A DNA stretch of 63,388 nt, counting the filler, from Octopus bimaculoides (taxonomy: Eukaryota), in the NCBI RefSeq assembly GCF_001194135.2. It is 11 parts of 11 records of this genome, joined end to end, with 100 filler letters (N's around TTAATTAATTAA, not from the genome) between each part and the next. Parts side by side here need not be neighbours in the genome. Positions count along the whole stretch, not along the records: positions 48,738 to 51,262 come from NC_068981.1; positions 51,363 to 53,342 come from NW_026350070.1; positions 53,443 to 57,710 come from NC_068988.1; positions 57,811 to 61,911 come from NC_068986.1; positions 62,012 to 63,388 come from NC_068987.1; 6 more parts are not named here. The stretch is one strand, 5' to 3'. Position numbers and translations under genes: made by a program. The notes beneath the pieces are model-generated. The model was not told the origin of the DNA. It made no database searches and saw only the letters and a list, made by a program, of their open reading frames with translations. This document shows, piece after piece, positions 50,923 to 63,388 of this stretch; position 1 is the first letter of the stretch, and the number at the start of each line of letters is the position of its first letter.

Positions 50923-51201
50923 CGTCAAAGTAAGTAACTATGTGTCATTTTTTGGAAGCGTTAGACAGATTTAAATGCCATGAAAGAGAAAAAGAAAAGA
51001 AGAGAAAAGAAGGAAGGAAGAAGAAAAAGAAGAAGAAGGAGAAGAAGAGGAGGAGAAGAAGACGTGTAGAAAACACGAGGAATAAAGGTAGGAAGAGATG
51101 CTGTCTGGATGACAAGTGGTTAGTGTATGTAAGTGTGGAATATAGGTAAATGTAGAATATAGGCATCTAGGAATTTATATACATATATACATACATATAC
51201 A

Positions 51202-51262
<61 letters not shown>

Positions 51263-51389
51263 NNNNNNNNNNNNNNNNNNNNNNNNNNNNNNNNNNNNNN
51301 NNNNNNTTAATTAATTAANNNNNNNNNNNNNNNNNNNNNNNNNNNNNNNNNNNNNNNNNNNNCGCTAAGCATTTCGCCCGGCGTGCTAA

Positions 51390-51725
51390 CGAGAGGGACC
51401 GCAGAATAGTGAAACGTATTGTGCCTAAAAACCATCGGACTAGGGCAGCAAAAGTGACAGCCGGGTCATGCTCCAGCCTTGCCAATCTTGTATCAAGCAA
51501 AACCATTCGCCAGGGGCTCCATAAAGCTGGATATCATGGAAAGGCTGCAATTGATAAATTTCTTTTTAACCCTATAGCATTGATCAGCAGAAAAAAATGG
51601 TGTCTGGACTATCAGAAGTAATCAATGGCTCAATGGAAAAATGTCATCATTCGCCCTTTTTTCTTACTTCGTGGTCAGTTTATGTCTAGAGTCAGCCCAA
51701 GGAAGCCTTCAAATGTAACTATTTG
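51390..51725 (+). mobile_element. Tc1-like transposase fragment, DNA-binding region
   Basis: ERDRRIVKRIVPKNHRTRAAKVTA..VSSKTIRQGLHKAGYHGKAAIDK..RKKWC..QWKNVII. Confidence 0.8.
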
Positions 51726-51734
51726 GTCCCTAAA

Positions 51735-52067
51735 AGACACCCTTTCGGCCATGAATAACCACGGGATGAACCTAGAAAGTTCCCCTCCGAGGCACAATTC
51801 CAGGCAAGGTTGTTTATGGAAGACCAGCAGCCCATGCATACCAGCTTCCCTTCTCCATGCCACCGATGTTACCCAAGAGAAAGGCAATGGCCAGTACAAC
51901 TTGGCACCAGTGACGTCGCAGCTCATTTCTACAGCTGCGTGAACAGGATCAATGTGAAATATAGTGTCTTGCTCAAGAACACAACACACAGCCCAGTCCG
52001 GGAATCGAACAACTAACTACCACATGATTGTGAGCCCACGTTCTGACCACTGAGCCATGGGCTATCA
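51735..52067 (-). mobile_element. SINE family D, near full length
   Basis: Homologous to 10284-10607; A and B boxes on minus. Confidence 0.85.
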
Positions 52068-52199
52068 CCGTCCCCCACCCTGAACTATTTGGCTTTGTAA
52101 TGATTTGTGCAACCATATCACGGAATTCTCTTGACTCTTTAGTTGTTCTACATGGAAGAGTTAATATCAATGATTATCTGTGTATTTCGGATGATCATG

Positions 52200-52232
<33 letters not shown>

Positions 52233-52759
52233 AGAACAGAAGTGTGTAGATCAGAAATAGGATACGGAGATATACCAAGTATAAATAATAACGAGAGTAT
52301 AGACATATCTAACCATTCAAACAGTGAAAGTTTGAAGTCTACATATAATATATAGGATATTAAACGAAAAACTCGGAGTAAGATTTGGAAGAGACGAAAA
52401 AAATAAAGAAGTATTTGAAATAGAAAGTCCACAATGCAATACGAAAAATATACAAAACGCAAATGGTTGATATACAACTAGAAAAAAAATTATATATACG
52501 ACTAGGCAAAATAAACGAAGGCATATATAAAAAGTAGTGGAAAGTGACGGATAAAAGATTATAGAGAAATAAAATCGTGTTTGTAAGAAATACGAAAGAA
52601 AATGACATATATAAGTCAGCTATAGAAATGGTATACAAAAGACAAGGAGCAAAAAAAACAATGGCTAAGTGATGTAAGGTAAAACAAAAGAATACCGGAG
52701 ATTCTGTACACGTACTTACATACACACGCGCTCACACACACACACACAAACACACATAA

Positions 52760-52851
<92 letters not shown>

Positions 52852-52879
52852 ACATATTACTTATTTATACATACTTACG

Positions 52880-52922
<43 letters not shown>

Positions 52923-53469
52923 CATTTCTTGTCATATACATTTTTGGTTGGCAGTTATACTTTTCTCTTTGTTTATTGTTGGTAGAATTTCTACAGTATC
53001 ATTTCATATATAGTGATGTCTGTGTGAACATGCATGTTAGCGTATGCACAAATATCTGCGTGTCAATACACACAGGTGTCCGTATGCATGTCTACATACC
53101 TATGTACGCATACATGTACATATGTATATGTATGTGTGTATATATGTATATATATGTGTATGTGTATATACATACATACATACATACATACATACATACA
53201 TGCATACATACATATATATAGGCACACGAGAGAACTTCGAGTTTAATTCAATTTTGGCTTCAGCTGACTGAATTAAATTATTTATAGTCTACTTATTAGC
53301 CTGAGATGAGGGGCTATCTACTTATACATGTGTGTGTGTGTGNNNNNNNNNNNNNNNNNNNNNNNNNNNNNNNNNNNNNNNNNNNNTTAATTAATTAANN
53401 NNNNNNNNNNNNNNNNNNNNNNNNNNNNNNNNNNNNNNNNNNCTTGTTTTTGTCCGCCACTACATTCCT

Positions 53470-53577
53470 CCATGGCTAGATTTAATTTGCGTATACAAAT
53501 TTAATCTGCGATCCATGGGACGAGCCGTTTTAACGATGCGTCCTGCCCAAGCTCGTCGAAACGCCGGTGTTAAAACG
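53470..53577. other. Structured sequence: hairpin followed by potential H-type pseudoknot
   Basis: Hairpin 53478-53507 inside CCATGG repeats; crossing stems GACGAGC/GCTCGTC (53519-25/53551-57) and CGTTTTAAC/GTTAAAACG (53526-34/53569-77). Confidence 0.45.
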
Positions 53578-53711
53578 TGGGTGGCTGATGAAGTACAATG
53601 CTCTCTATGTGGCTCGTGTGTTCTCGTCTACGTTTGTTTGCAATGTCCTGTACCCAGATATGCATATACTCATTTACTATTTGTTTATATATATATATAT
53701 ATATATATATA

Positions 53712-53870
53712 CGGGCTTCTTTCAGTTTCCGTCTGCCAAATCTACTCAGAAGGCTTTGGTCGGCTCGAGGCTATAGTAGAAGATACTTGCCCAAGGTACC
53801 ACGTAGTGGGATTGAACCCGGAACAATGTGGTTGGTAAGCAAGCTACTTACCACAAGGTCACTCCTTCGC
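53712..53870 (-). mobile_element. SINE family A, head plus CORE-like segment
   Basis: Near-identical in layout to 27950-28113. Confidence 0.85.
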
Positions 53871-53913
53871 CCTGATATAGTTGAATATTTTTCACCAACA
53901 GCTGTGTGGACGC

Positions 53914-53963
<50 letters not shown>

Positions 53964-54036
53964 TAGTCAGACAGACAGACAGACATACCAACCTACCTAC
54001 CTACCTACATACATACATACATACATACATACATAA

Positions 54037-54340
54037 ATGATGGTTGTCTACTCCTTATACAGAGTTTGACCATCTCTTGTGCTTACACCTTAGATCCATC
54101 ATGGCGTCTGATGTGGCTTTTTAAACCAGACAATGTTTTGAAAAGGCACCCACATAAATTGCATATCTGCTTTCGACTACCAAGAGCTGCAGTTAAGGTC
54201 TGATTTTCGTGGATCTTAAAATGTCTTTTAAGGAGTCCGTTAGATTTGCAGACCTTATGGCATACACGGCATTGACAGGTTATGCACAGATAGACAGGGC
54301 AGGGCAGTTAGTGGAGGTTCGTTTTTCATGTGCCCGCTGT
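54037..54340 (-). mobile_element. RTE-like LINE 3' end
   Basis: Minus QICNLCGCLFKTLSGLKSHIRRHDGSKV* C2H2 finger, then short UTR and CAT-type tail. Confidence 0.7.
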
Positions 54341-54399
54341 AAACATACATACATACATACATGCATACATACATACATACATACATACATACATACATA

Positions 54400-54760
54400 A
54401 CCTCAATAAAATGCAAACATAATAGACCGGATGTAGTAATCTGGGACAGAGAAGAGAAACTGTGTACAGTAGTAGAAATCAGCTGTCCTGCGGATGTCAA
54501 CATCGCACTAAAGATTAGAGAAAAAGAGAACTACGCCGAGTTACTGAGAAATTTGCAGATACTCCACCCAGACTACAAGTTCAGATTCATACCCATGATT
54601 GTTGGGGCATTGGGATATGTAACGAACTGCCTCAACAAAAACCTGGAAAAATTAGGGTTCTCAAAACCTGAAAGAAAAAAGGCTGATTAGCAGACTACAG
54701 ATTCAAGCCATCAACGGAACTGTAAAGATATGTAAAACTTTCCAAAAATTTAGCACATAA
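54400..54760 (+). mobile_element. RLE-endonuclease LINE, 3' coding fragment
   Basis: KCKHNRPDVVIWDREEKLCTVVEISCPAD..KIREKENYAEL..FIPMIVGALGYV; frameshift near 54680; stop at 54758-54760. Confidence 0.85.
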
Positions 54761-55630
54761 ATACATATGCATGCATCTAGANNNNNNNNNNNNNNNNNNN
54801 NNNNNNNNNNNNNNNNNNNNNNNNNNNNNNNNNNNNNNNNNNNNNNNNNNNNNNNNNNNNNNNNNNNNNNNNNNNNNNNNNNNNNNNNNNNNNNNNNNNN
54901 NNNNNNNNNNNNNNNNNNNNNNNNNNNNNNNNNNNNNNNNNNNNNNNNNNNNNNNNNNNNNNNNNNNNNNNNNNNNNNNNNNNNNNNNNNNNNNNNNNNN
55001 NNNNNNNNNNNNNNNNNNNNNNNNNNNNNNNNNNNNNNNNNNNNNNNNNNNNNNNNNNNNNNNNNNNNNNNNNNNNNNNNNNNNNNNNNNNNNNNNNNNN
55101 NNNNNNNNNNNNNNNNNNNNNNNNNNNNNNNNNNNNNNNNNNNNNNNNNNNNNNNNNNNNNNNNNNNNNNNNNNNNNNNNNNNNNNNNNNNNNNNNNNNN
55201 NNNNNNNNNNNNNNNNNNNNNNNNNNNNNNNNNNNNNNNNNNNNNNNNNNNNNNNNNNNNNNNNNNNNNNNNNNNNNNNNNNNNNNNNNNNNNNNNNNNN
55301 NNNNNNNNNNNNNNNNNNNNNNNNNNNNNNNNNNNNNNNNNNNNNNNNNNNNNNNNNNNNNNNNNNNNNNNNNNNNNNNNNNNNNNNNNNNNNNNNNNNN
55401 NNNNNNNNNNNNNNNNNNNNNNNNNNNNNNNNNNNNNNNNNNNNNNNNNNNNNNNNNNNNNNNNNNNNNNNNNNNNNNNNNGTGATTCTACCGGTAGATT
55501 AAGTCCCAGACTTTAAAATAATGATGGTAAGTATTGGGATTGGTTGATTCGATTAAAAATTCTTCAAGGCGGTGCCCCAGGATGACCGCAGTTCGACGGC
55601 TGAACTAGAAGAGAAAAGATAAAAGCTACT

Positions 55631-55683
<53 letters not shown>

Positions 55684-56090
55684 GCGCAAACACACACACA
55701 TTATGTGTGTGTGTGTTTGTGTTAGTGTGGTGGATGGGTGTGGTTGTCTTCAATGTCGAGGGCAAGTTACTGTCCAAGGGTTAAAGGTCAATTGCTTTGG
55801 AGTCACACAGCTTGACACTGAGCTTTTTACAGGTTACTTATCTGTCACTCGCGCGCACACACACACACACACACATATGTATGTGTGTGGGCGTATAAGC
55901 ATAGTGATAAAAGCTTCTCAATTCCATAAAGGCGCGGTATGTATTTTAACCTTCTGACGCTGCAGAATCTGTGTCAAGCTTGAAGTGTGAATCTAAACGT
56001 ATTCTTTGCGGATTCGTTACATTGGCAAGGGAGATAACAACGGCACTTCCGATTTTTTGCTGTTGTAATTGTTCTTCTTATCGTCGTCTT

Positions 56091-56714
56091 TACTCTTTTA
56101 CTCTTTTACTTGTTTCAGTCATTTGACTGCGGCCATGCTAGAGCACCGCCTTTAGTCGAGCAAATCGACCCCAGGAATCATTCTTGGAAGCCTAGTACTT
56201 ATTCTATCGGTTTCTGTTGCCGAACCGCTAAGTGACGGGGACGTAAACACACCACCATCGGTTGTTAAGCGATGTTGGGGGGACAAACACAGACACACAA
56301 ACATATACACACACATACATATACATATATATACATATATAGGACGGGCTTCTTTCAGTTTCCGTCTACCAAATCCACTCACAAGGCTTTGGTCGGCCCG
56401 AGGCTATAGTAGAAGACACTTGCCCAAGGAGCCACGCAGTGGGACTCAACCCGGAAACATGTGGTTNNNNNNNNNNCGGTTGTTAAGCGATGTTGGGGGG
56501 ACAAACACAGACACACAAACATATACACACACATACATATACATATATATACATATATAGGACGGGCTTCTTTCAGTTTCCGTCTACCAAATCCACTCAC
56601 AAGGCTTTGGTCGGCCCGAGGCTATAGTAGAAGACACTTGCCCAAGGAGCCACGCAGTGGGACTCAACCCGGAAACATGTGGTTAGTAAGCAAGATACTT
56701 ACCACACAGCCACT
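56091..56714 (-). mobile_element. SINE family A, full length, with a duplicated segment across a 10-N gap
   Basis: 56257-56466 is repeated at 56477-56686, probably an assembly overlap. Confidence 0.9.
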
Positions 56715-56757
56715 CGCAAATATTTCAACGATATTTCTATATTTTTGTGTCGGAGCT

Positions 56758-57026
56758 GTGGAGGTACAATGGCCCAGTGGTTAGGGCAGCGGACTCGCGG
56801 TCATAGGATCGCGGTTTCGATTCCCAGACCGGGCGTTGTGAGTATTTATTGAACGAAAACACCTAAAGCCTTGTCACACTGTGTCACGCTGAATCTCCCC
56901 TAGAACTACATTAAGGGTATACGTGTCTGTGGAGTGCTCAGCCACTTGCACGTTAATTTCACGAGCAGTCTGTTCCGTTGATCGGATCAACTGGAACCCT
57001 CGTCGTCGTAAGCGACGGAGTGCTAA
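56758..57026 (+). mobile_element. SINE family C, head to tail with internal deletion
   Basis: Head GTGGAGGTACAATGGCCCAGTGG; CCTAAAGC is joined directly to CTTGTCACACTG; tail GACGGAGTGCTA. Confidence 0.85.
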
Positions 57027-57104
57027 TGTATGTATGTATGTATGTATAATATACAGCTATGTGTGAGTGTACTTTTGTGTTTGTATTATGTTTGTCATCC
57101 AGAA

Positions 57105-57300
57105 AGTGGCGAGCGAGCAGAATCGTTAGCATGCCGAACGAAATGTTGCAAAGCATTTCGTCCGTCCTAATTAAGTCCAAATTCCGCCAAGGTCAACTTT
57201 GCCTTTCCAATGAAAGGTCGATAAAATAAGTACCAGTCGAGCACTGGGGTCAATATAATCAGCATGGTCCTCTCCCACAAAATGTCAGTCCTTATGTCTT
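57105..57300 (+). mobile_element. SINE family B, diverged
   Basis: GGCGAGCGAGCAGAATCGTTAGC..CAAATTCCGCCAAGGTCAACTTTGCCTTT..GTCGATAAAATAAGTACCAG. Confidence 0.75.
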
Positions 57301-57471
57301 CAGTAGAAGTGATTGTGTTTGTCCTTCACAACGATGTTGGTCTGTTTACCTCCCCGTAGCTAGCGATTTGGCAAAAGATACCAACAGAATAAGCACAAGG
57401 CTTAAAACATAAGTACTGAGAAAGATTCGTTCGACTAAAGCCTTCAAGGCTGTGCTCCGACACAATGTTGT

Positions 57472-57710
57472 TGGCACTCCATCGCTTACGACGTCGAGGG
57501 TTCCAGTTGATTCGATCAACGGAACAGCCTGCTCATGAAATTAACGTGCAAGTGGCTGAGCACTCCACAGACATGTGTACGCTTAACGCAGTTCTCGGGG
57601 ATATTCAGGCTGACCCTTTGAATTACAGGCACAACAGAAACAGGAAGTAAGAGTGCAGCAGGGTTCGCCACCATCCCCTGCCGGAGCCTCGTAGAGCTTT
57701 AGGTGTTTTC
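57472..57710 (-). mobile_element. SINE family C, 3' part
   Basis: Reverse complement of the 56880-57026 tail plus body sequence. Confidence 0.85.
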
Positions 57711-57891
57711 NNNNNNNNNNNNNNNNNNNNNNNNNNNNNNNNNNNNNNNNNNNNTTAATTAATTAANNNNNNNNNNNNNNNNNNNNNNNNNNNNNNNNNN
57801 NNNNNNNNNNTATATACGTATATTTACATATACATATATGTACACACTTATGCCTACACATACATGTATATTCACACATATACACACAGAT

Positions 57892-57925
<34 letters not shown>

Positions 57926-58529
57926 ACACAAAGATATATAATATATATATGTGTGTTAGAAAATGGAATGAAAGATTGTCTCTATTTAAAATCACTACAA
58001 TTGTTTCACCACTGTTTTACACCTGTTTGTGAGATATACATCCATAGTATTTAATTTTTAATTCTTTTAATTTGTTAACATGAACATACATATGTCAACC
58101 AACAATATTTCTAAAAGTCATTGAATAAAGCAAATATAAAACGATCTTTAAACTTTCTTTTGTGCTGCCTCTACCTTTACTTTTGAAAAGTAACCTTTGA
58201 ATTATATGGATTCTTAACCCCTGTTCAACTATAAATATATAATAAAGAGACTCTCTTTATTAGAAAATACAGACGCATTTTGAACGCATCTACAACAAGC
58301 CTTAGAATAACACAAACACACACGTAAATATTAAAAATGATAAATTCAAGAGATACCCAAGAATTCATTAAAAAACAGTTCCAATCTTATTTCATGTGTG
58401 CGAAATATTTGAGGTCACTCTTCTTTCGCACATGGGAAAATTTCTGCATCAGTTCCTAGCTATTACACCTAGAGTACAGACTTGTAATGTGCGCTCATTG
58501 GATTTTCGTTTTCACGCAAGATGATAAAA

Positions 58530-59178
58530 CGCATCTAGTAGAAACCATAAACTCATGTCTCGTTAATAATGGTCTTCATGGAGTCTGAATCGTGGTTTTT
58601 ACTAAACGATTGTGATGCGGAGTTGCTTTGATTACCCATCTGCACTCCGCATGCATAAATCCTCCATTAAAATGCAATGTACCGATCTAAGCTTCTTCCC
58701 CGTATTCAGCAAATTTTTGGATTCCTATGCAACGTTCTTCCATAACTATTCAGCGAACTTTCTCAAACGTTTACACGTTTCGGCTTGTGGAAGACTTACC
58801 TTAAAGGTATGTCGCTCTCCACTGAAATGCAGTCATGTTTGAATCGATTGTAGAAACCTTTGGTCTGAAATTTCCTAAATGGTATGACTGCCGAATGCCT
58901 TCTGAATTTTCTGGATAATTTGAGTTTAATTACCACCAAGGTTTTGACATAACTTGATCCAGTAACTCTGTTCGGTGCGTTCGTAAAAAGCGAAAATCCA
59001 ACAAGCCCGCACTACACGCCTGTTCTCTAGGTGTAACGTCCAAGGACAGATGCGGCCTACTGGAGCGAATACTCTCAGGCATACACAGGAAGGATAGCAC
59101 TACATGTCTCCAAAATGATTCCGCCCACGCCTCAACAGTTTTGGTGGGAAAAAGTCGGATATTTTGAAACGCACCTCG
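58530..59178 (-). mobile_element. mariner transposon, 5' half, decayed
   Basis: TA-CGAGGTGCGTTTCAAAATATCCG terminus at 59178; frameshifted EQSYWIKLCQNLG..IIQKIQKAFG..FYNRFKHDCISVESD..STSRN..; ends near a WVYG-like motif. Confidence 0.7.
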
Positions 59179-61867
59179 TACAGAATATTTTGTAAGTACG
59201 GTGTATTCACAAAGACGTTATATAAGGTATCGTTATGTGCATAATAGTAATTTTATGTACTTGCTTACGGCTATTTTAATTTTATTACTACATTGAGGTT
59301 GTGCAGAGAAGGCCCATTCCTAGGTGATATGTATGCTGCATATAATACATTGGAATATTTGATGAAAACATAAAAGAACATTTTCTTCCATTTCTCTTCT
59401 TCTCTCTTTTCAGTTTGAGAATTGTATTTTCACAAAGCCATTGACTCAGAGGAACAAAAATAATAATACGAAAAGTCGTAGAAAGTAACTTATGGCGAGA
59501 TACAATATACAAGATACATTATAAACACTGTATATCTCTGCAAGCTGAAGATGAACATTGAACAACGATACCACTGTATATTTGAAATAAATGTAGGATG
59601 TAATTTTGAGTGAATGATCATATTTTTGATTGTCAATTTTATTTTAATAAGCCAACAAAATTCCATTAAAATCTATTTATCAACTCATGTTATTCAATAA
59701 TGAATTCTTCAGATATTATACCACATTTATCGATTTTCTTATAGTCTCCATATCAATCCCGAATTCTCACCCTTCTCTCTTTTTTTAATTTCTCCGAGAA
59801 CCTTTTGCAATTTCCACAAGCGTCTCATTCCAACATTCTGGAAGGCTGTCTGTGAATTTCTGTACAATTATGCATTCAAATATTCACCGAATGCATATTC
59901 ATATCGATTTTTTAATCTCATTTTATTTCATAATAATTACAGTCCCTACATTTTTTTCTGTTTTATTTTCCTTTTCGCCCTTCTTTCGTTTTCACCTTCC
60001 CATTTGCTTCATAGTGATTCAGGATTTTCCCTTTTATATCAAGTTGTTGTTATTGGCAATTATTTTGTGAGATAAACTCACGAAGGGTTTCATTTTCATA
60101 GAAAATAATTTCACAATCCGAATGAGAGGATATCATGCTAAATAGAAAAATATCCTTTGTGTATACTAAATTCGATTTGCAACTTGGGGATAATTCATTT
60201 TCAATTCTTTTGGCCGAATCTCAACAAAACAACATAAAGAGGGTGTGGAGTGTAACATTTGTTCGCCTCTAAATTTAAGGGTTCACAAAAATATATCTAT
60301 AGCAAAGTAGTCATATTTCCAGATTGATTCATGCAGCCTTTGTATTATTATGAATATTTGAGCTAATGGGGAGTGTGATTCTTAGGCGAATAGGAAGGTT
60401 CTCTCTGAAGTATTAAAGGGTCTATTGTAGTTAATTTGTGCAGAATAATACATTTTAGTATTTTACTTAATTTCACACTAGAAATTGACGATGGCATCTG
60501 AGCGACGTCCTCTGTATACACACCTGCCTATATAAAGGAACGCACATCATATATACATATACATATATGTACACNNNNNNNNNNNNNNNNNNNNNNNNNN
60601 NNNNNNNNNNNNNNNNNNNNNNNNNNNNNNNNNNNNNNNNNNNNNNNNNNNNNNNNNNNNNNNNNNNNNNNNNNNNNNNNNNNNNNNNNNNNNNNNNNNN
60701 NNNNNNNNNNNNNNNNNNNNNNNNNNNNNNNNNNNNNNNNNNNNNNNNNNNNNNNNNNNNNNNNNNNNNNNNNNNNNNNNNNNNNNNNNNNNNNNNNNNN
60801 NNNNNNNNNNNNNNNNNNNNNNNNNNNNNNNNNNNNNNNNNNNNNNNNNNNNNNNNNNNNNNNNNNNNNNNNNNNNNNNNNNNNNNNNNNNNNNNNNNNN
60901 NNNNNNNNNNNNNNNNNNNNNNNNNNNNNNNNNNNNNNNNNNNNNNNNNNNNNNNNNNNNNNNNNNNNNNNNNNNNNNNNNNNNNNNNNNNNNNNNNNNN
61001 NNNNNNNNNNNNNNNNNNNNNNNNNNNNNNNNNNNNNNNNNNNNNNNNNNNNNNNTATATATATATATATATATATATATATCACATGTGATGACACTTA
61101 TCATTAAGCGGTTTAATATTGCGACTGTTGAGAATCAATCAGCGACTGCTTTCAAATTGATAGAAAATTTAAACCGTGTACTGTGTCGAATTTTTCTTCA
61201 CTTATAAGCACAAAACTGCGTATGTGTTTGTGTGCATGCGTCTATCAAATGCACTCATACACATAGATTTTACAGATGTCATACACACACTTACATATAT
61301 ATATATATATTTATATATATACATATATATATATGTGTGTGTTTATCTATATATTTACATATACTCACCCAAACACACACAAATAGAGAGAGATCCGTAT
61401 GTGTGTACATATCTAAATGTCTGCATATTTGATCATATAGTACCATCCATATTCATATATGTATACATAAGTACAAATACATATGTGTGTATGTATGTGG
61501 GTACGTGCGTGTGTGTGTGCTTGTTTGTTTGGGTGTATATGCGCAACAAATATATTTAGAATGAACGTGTGTCAATAAACAATAATACAAGTTAAAAAGT
61601 ATTGAGGTAAAAGAAACAAAAGGAATGCATAAAAAATGAAATGGAAGCCAAAGTAATGGAGGAAATATATGTGTTGTGTATAAACCACAACGGCGAAACA
61701 TTACGACGTGTTGTCGTCGGTGCCTTTTTCTCAACTACCCATTAGGTAAAACGAAACTACATCACAAATATAGAAACCATGTTAAGTAATAATGCTGTAG
61801 ATCAACGTGACTTTTTCGCTATAAATAACAATAAAAAGAATCTCAAAATAAGCAATAGCTGCATTAA

Positions 61868-61911
<44 letters not shown>

Positions 61912-62867
61912 NNNNNNNNNNNNNNNNNNNNNNNNNNNNNNNNNNNNNNNNNNNNTTAATTAATTAANNNNNNNNNNNNNNNNNNNNNNNNNNNNNNNNN
62001 NNNNNNNNNNNTATATATATATGTATCTATTTATGTATACATGTATGAACTGTTGTACGTGTTATTGTACGTGTATGTGTAGGTTTGTATGTGTGTGCTC
62101 GTGGGTGTGTATAATGCAGATGCCGAACTGGAACCCAACTACTGATCAAGAAAATGATTTAAGACAAAATGAAACCCAAGAAACATTTTCAAAATACTAA
62201 AAGAAATGTGAAAACTTAATCATAAATTGATGTAAAATGGAGACTAATGCGAAGATTTAAAATTTATTAGGACAGAAAACTAGTCAACGTGGAACTAAGC
62301 CAAAATGAAGAACATCAATAGCTCAAATTTTCCGGCACTAAGCGGCCTTTAATGGTCTTCTTTTATCAGCAATGGCCCAAATTAGAAAATTACGAAAACA
62401 AATGAATAAATTATTGATTGATGATTAATTTTGTTTTCATGTTTTGTTCATACCCACTTAGGTACGGAATATGATCCTCCTTAAATCCACGCACGAATAT
62501 CTCAGACACCGCATTGTGTGGTTTACAAAGCTTTCCTGTCGGCTCATTATGTACTCTATAACACTGAGTAATGAATTCTCCTCTTCGCATAGAACATTAT
62601 ACTCGTTTTCGTTAAATTTAAACTTCCGTCTCCATACTAGAAATTCAAACTGAATTATTACGTTATATAAACAAAAAGAACAAAATTATGCAGTCATTGT
62701 AGAGACGTATGTAATTGTTTCTTTATAAAAAATTAAAAAATGGAATGAAAGAAAATATAGACTTAAGAATGTTTGCATTGCAGACAGGAAAACATCTTAA
62801 TTTTTTATTTGATTCACACAGGAGTCTACCGCCATGCTATAGAATCGCCTTTAAGATATGTAGCGGA

Positions 62868-63150
62868 ACTAATTTATCTCAGTAATCATTTGTTTTCAGC
62901 CTGGCACTCATTGTATCTGAATCTTCTATCGAACCGCTAAGTTACCTGGATGTAAACGCACTAACACTGGTTGCTAAGCGGTGGTAAGGGACAATCACAA
63001 ACACACACACACATTTATGATAGGCTTCTTTCAGTTTATGAAAGAAGCCTGTCAGCCCGAAAATATAGCAGGGCGCAATAACCCGAGGTTTCACGCTGAA
63101 GGACAGAATCCGGATTTCATGTGGTTCCAAAGCAAACACTTTACCAAAGT
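62868..63150 (-). mobile_element. SINE family A, diverged
   Basis: Plus reads GAACCGCTAAGTTAC..GGCTTCTTTCAGTTT..ATGTGGTTCCAAAGCAAAC. Confidence 0.6.
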
Positions 63151-63388
63151 GCTAGGACTTAGCACAATACAACGCCTCCCCACTCTTCTAAAGAATTCAA
63201 AAATTAAACAATTTTACGTAAAATATCACAGCTGAAAATGTAGAATAAACCATAGCATTGAAAGTTCGCGACCATTCTTTCTTAAAGAGAATTCACCTGA
63301 GAAGTAGAAAATGAATATGGAATGGTGCATCGAAATATTGGTGCCTCCTCTACAGTGGACAACTCAATATATGTATATATATATATAT

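Noticed and set aside
52250-52730. A-rich degraded reading frames, possibly LINE ORF1
   Set aside because: Many stops and no diagnostic motif I can name
53519-53595. HDV-like, twister, pistol or type II hammerhead assignment of the pseudoknot
   Set aside because: No J4/2 catalytic C segment, no GAGGG-type strand, no P2 partner, and a GUG triplet with unmatched stem II
58795-59000. Minus-strand exon ending in a perfect AAG|GTAAGT donor
   Set aside because: It lies within the decayed mariner transposase, so the donor is coincidental

Overview
This is AT-rich, repeat-saturated animal DNA with about 7.3 kb of N gaps. The SINE and microsatellite landscape looks like an octopus genome; that assignment is my pattern recognition, not a search result. 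Ten 100-bp spacers (44N-TTAATTAATTAA-44N) split the window into 11 sequence blocks whose adjacency is not shown by sequence. I can identify no host protein-coding gene with confidence, and nearly all listed ORFs are microsatellite or gap artefacts. Supported content: about five tRNA-derived SINE families; decayed Tc1, mariner and Chapaev3-like DNA transposons; 3' fragments of RTE-type and RLE-endonuclease (R4/Dong/NeSL-like) LINEs; and several Penelope-like termini. The most interesting signal is a recurring set of short fold-back elements carrying minimal type I hammerhead-ribozyme motifs, one with an intact catalytic core (24341-24399, minus). Two blocks (17820-27199 and 43585-48637) are strongly CpG-decayed, which suggests methylated gene bodies of unrecognised genes; the second holds a phase-compatible candidate exon pair. 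I found nothing I can claim as a wholly new biological system: the hammerhead elements most likely belong to the known Penelope/retrozyme class, though these particular families may be undescribed.
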